Shown here: piece after piece, positions 60,601-64,000 of the stretch
Numbering within the stretch: the stretch's first letter is position 1
Layout of the letters: each line of letters opens with the position of its first letter
Origin: Oopsacas minuta
Taxonomy: Eukaryota > Animalia > Porifera
Length of the DNA: 64,000 nt
Direction of reading: 5' to 3'
Assembly: GCA_024704765.1 (NCBI GenBank)
Contig: JAKMXF010000066.1
Coordinates: 689,854 to 753,853, forward strand
Position numbers and translations under genes: made by a program
Notes under the pieces: generated by a model
The model's database searches: none
What the model saw: the letters and a program-made list of their open reading frames with translations, nothing else
What the model was told of the DNA's origin: nothing

Positions 60601-62947
60601 AGATCTTCTGAGTTGTGTAAATTAATATTCTATGTAGGAAGAAGATCTTACAATTATTGAGTCTATTAATAATCTTATTAAACAAAACCCAATGATAGCT
60701 TCTCCTCAAATAGTTGAAGGTTTGTTTGTTAGTTTGTTAGTTAACATTCTCTTATTATTTGTTCTTTTTAGAAAAGCGTGAAATTACCTTCCATGTCCAC
60801 GCAAAACCTGACGTAAGTTAGCCTATTACATATTATTAATGTTATTAATCAGCATTTTTAACCAAATCTGTTATAACATTATCCCAAAAAATGCATACAT
60901 ACATACGCATGATGTTATCACCATATTCTGCTATAGTTTGATATATATTTTCTCCTTTCTTTCCAACACCTACATGAGCTATTATTATCATGTGATATTG
61001 AAAGAATTATTCTAATTAAGTTACCTGCGATTAACCAGAAACAGAACCAGAACCATACAAATAATGTCAAATACTTCGGTTAATCGGGCAAACACCTTTC
61101 TTCCCTTTAATCTGGTCGAATTGGCCTGGTCCCGAGGTGATCCTATTTACGCGGATTCTACTGTGTTTTCTAGCTGTAAGGGGATAAAATATCACTTCGT
61201 TATAGCGGGAGTTTACTGTATTTATAAATTCTACAGAGTGTAGTTGATATTCCTGAAATAGAAGATGATAGAACAAGGGAAATGGTTCATGACGAAATAT
61301 TGAAGTTCAGACACACACATAAGGTATTTACTTCTACAGAATACATCCGTATAAGACAATTGAATAATTATTATCGAATTATAGTAATTTTGCATTGCCG
61401 CGGGAATCCAACGTTAATTCGATGTTTGTTAATAATATATTTGATGGATTCAAGATTCTAATACAATATGGATTGTTTTATATCTTAACAGCCAAATTGG
61501 TAGGATGGAATGTGAGTTTTATTCAACCTAGGTAAGTGTAAATTCCTGCTAATTCGTGTACACATATTTTTATTTGACCATGAAGCTGATTAGTCAAGAT
61601 TGATGTCACAGAGCTGGCCTATACAGGATCGTGAACACCTTGCGACTATTCATATTTGTACAATCAGAGGAGTTTCTATTAACACGCGTTGACTGCTAGC
61701 TCCTCCTCTGTGTACAATAGTAATTGTTAAATATGGCAGGTCCGTAAACAGATTTGTAAAAGGATCTGGCCAGAGGCCAAATCTCCTAAAATCTTTTGAC
61801 GCTCTAAATTAAATTAGTCGATATATCATGTCATGTTGTGGACTTGTGGCTCAATTGCACGAATTTTTAGCTTAGACAGAAGCTTTCTTGTATAAACCTA
61901 TTTTCACTTTCAGTTTAGATTGAAACTGTATTTACTTTCAGTTAATTAGTAATATATTTCTAAGTAAATTTAGGTTTTAACGTGTTTCAATGCAATAGAG
62001 CGGAAATCTAATATAAGATAATTACTTATCTAGCATTACATTTTACATTTACTGTATCTATGATAAAGTATCTGGGACGAGGTGTTGTGTTTTTATAGAG
62101 CTAGTGTGATTTGATTTCCCTTTAGGAGAGAGAATCCAAACGGATGCAAGACAAAGAAAAAGAGAGGGAACGAATTGCCAAAGAGAAACTTGAAAGGGAA
62201 AAAAATAAACATGTTGATAGCGATGAAGGGAAAACAAAATCTAAGAAGTCATCGTCACCTCGTAGAGAGGATCGTAAAAGGAGAGATTCATACGAGAGGG
62301 ACAATAAATCCAATAGATCACGGAGAAGTCGTGAGAGAGAAAAGGAAAGGGATAAAGAGAGGGAAAGAGATAAAGAAAGGGAAAGAGAAAGGGAAAGGGA
62401 GAGAAAGGAACGTGAGAGAGAGAGGGAGAGAGAGAAGGAGAGATTAAAACAGAGGGAGAGAAGGATTAGATCACTCAGTCGTAGCAGAAGGAGATCACGA
62501 TCTATAACCAGTTCTGATAGGTTAGTTAATCATGTACAGCGCATAGCAACAAGTTTGGATGAGTGGAATTCTATTTTATTCATTTTATTGAAATTTAGTT
62601 CATTTCTAATTCTTCCCAGGGGCCAGGAGAGAAGACGATTGGTTGATAAAGATGAGGACAGTGAAAAACGGAAGTTTGAAAAAAGACAGAAAGAGAGAAA
62701 ATTAACTTTTGAAAAAGTAATTTTGGTGCGATTTTTACAAAAAATGTATGTTTAATCCTGATTATATTTTAGGCATTAAAAAGTTGGGATTCAAGAGAAA
62801 GAAAGAAAATTCGAGATTTTCATAAAAGAAGGGAAGATGAAGCAGCAGAAAATGAGGAATTGGTAAGTAGTGGCGTGTAGGAACCGTTATGATCGACTCT
62901 ATCTGATAATTTGTCTCCGTCCCTCTTGGAATGTTTCGATGGTTAAG

Positions 62948-63023
<76 letters not shown>

Positions 63024-63900
63024 GTGTGTTTTGTTGTCTATCTTAGCTGTAGTGATGAAATTTACCTGGAGTTTGTGTCAGGTTTACTCCTGTGTGTAGT
63101 CCGGATGTCTAACTACCTCATTGTCGTTGGATTAGGTCTTTGGAGTAGATATCTACTTGCTGGATATGAGTTAGATAGTAGAATTGAAATAATTTTAATT
63201 TTTTCTCTTATTTTAGAAAAGAGAGTCTAAGAAATTAGCTAAATTCTTAGCTGACTATGATGACGAACATGATGACCCAAAATATTATAAGTGAGCTTTT
63301 ACAATGTATGCTGGTTATAAGAACACCCTTGGGAGTAGCAATACATGTTCTCATAACCTGTATCAAATATGCAGGAATATATGAGGACCATGGTGTTCAT
63401 GTCCGGCAATGTTCTTATAACCAGCATCTGTTCTATCAGATAGATAGATTGATTTTTTTAACTTATCACCTTTTAGAGGAGGAAATTACGCTCGTAGAAG
63501 GAGAGATCGGGCCATTGAGAGTCAGGAAGATTCAGAAGATAGAGGCAGAGAGAAAACTGAAATAAATGAGATGAAAGATTTACAAATTAATGACATTTCC
63601 TATTCCAGGGATTCTATATCAATGTCTCAATCAGATTCTAATCCAATGGGATCTGTAAGTATACTGTATTGCTATAAATGGTTTTCATATGACTAATTCT
63701 TATGGATATATTCATACAGGACTCAGATGGGAGAGATTCTAGCCCTGACCATTTGAGTGACAAGGAAGAGGCAATACCATTAGAGAAACCCTCTCAAACT
63801 CAATTCTATTTCTCTTCTCATCATTCTAATTCTAATTCTAATACAGCTCAAACCTTTATGAAACATGAAGCTAAACAGGATATTCTTGTTCCTCCGGTAA
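57603..63900 (+). CDS. RBM25: RNA-binding protein 25, multi-exon, 3' end (PWI domain) beyond the window
   Basis: Pro-rich N-terminus; spliced RRM TTVFIGDISDKVSDTLVRQLLQ|ECGNVKAWKRVQGATRDLQ|AFGFCEFADQDSTLRALRVL (59349-60317); RE/RS repeats 62126-62520; FLADYDDEHDDPKYY (63217-63290). Confidence 0.95.
59735..59855 (+). mobile_element. Dispersed repeat family B (HINE/DINE-like); copies ~15633-15757, 19820-19945, 24220-24348, 37860-37962, 40310-40370, 50047-50160, 58115-58165
   Basis: Shared motifs gtaagagctacaaacttga.at.tgg and gataggtgacaaa...acctatcagat..gaggg; superfamily assignment is inference. Confidence 0.7.
62945..63022. repeat. (GT)n microsatellite in an RBM25 intron
   Basis: Long GT dinucleotide run. 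Confidence 0.95.
63308..63427. mobile_element. ~120-bp MITE family A (TIR atgctggttataagaac); other copies ~2446-2560, 36860-36900, 44600-44705, 53447-53550
   Basis: 17-bp perfect TIR here; shared core cccttgggagtagcaata; 14-bp hairpin at 2446-2495. Confidence 0.8.
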
Positions 63901-64000
63901 ATATGTCTGTTTGCAATATAAATACAGTCAACTCCCGTTATGCCAAACATGGATATATCGAAGTCTATAATTGTACAAACATAGTCCCTTACCGTCAAAG

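Noticed and set aside
62931-63230. Cys/Val-rich 99-aa ORF
   Set aside because: Translation of a (GT)n microsatellite in an intron

Overview
AT-rich, intron-containing animal genomic DNA. The gene set and compactness suggest an early-branching invertebrate such as a sponge (inference). No rRNA, tRNA or CRISPR array was found. About 43 kb (2644-45482, minus strand) is one multi-exon spastizin gene (ZFYVE26/SPG15); its FYVE domain and C-terminus were not found in the window. Its introns host other genes: a cluster of signal-peptide-less, MALT1-like Ig-domain genes (4.2-11.1 kb), a tandemly duplicated LRR-cbEGF-TM receptor with decayed paralogs and an assembly gap (15.5-22.2 kb), and two small CNC/Maf-type bZIP genes (35.8 and 39.2-39.6 kb). 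Two of the Ig genes lie head-to-head and share a 472-bp identical inverted tract. Right of spastizin, past a 379-bp-arm inverted repeat, lie plus-strand genes: a 5-exon 543-aa 3xUbl/polyQ/Death-domain protein, an Ig + Ser/Pro-rich protein, intronless GK5, a 627-aa probable mitochondrial protein, and RBM25 (3'-incomplete). Many MITEs (Tc1/mariner-, pogo- and hAT-like) and other short dispersed repeats are present. Homology calls come from recalled family motifs, not database searches.
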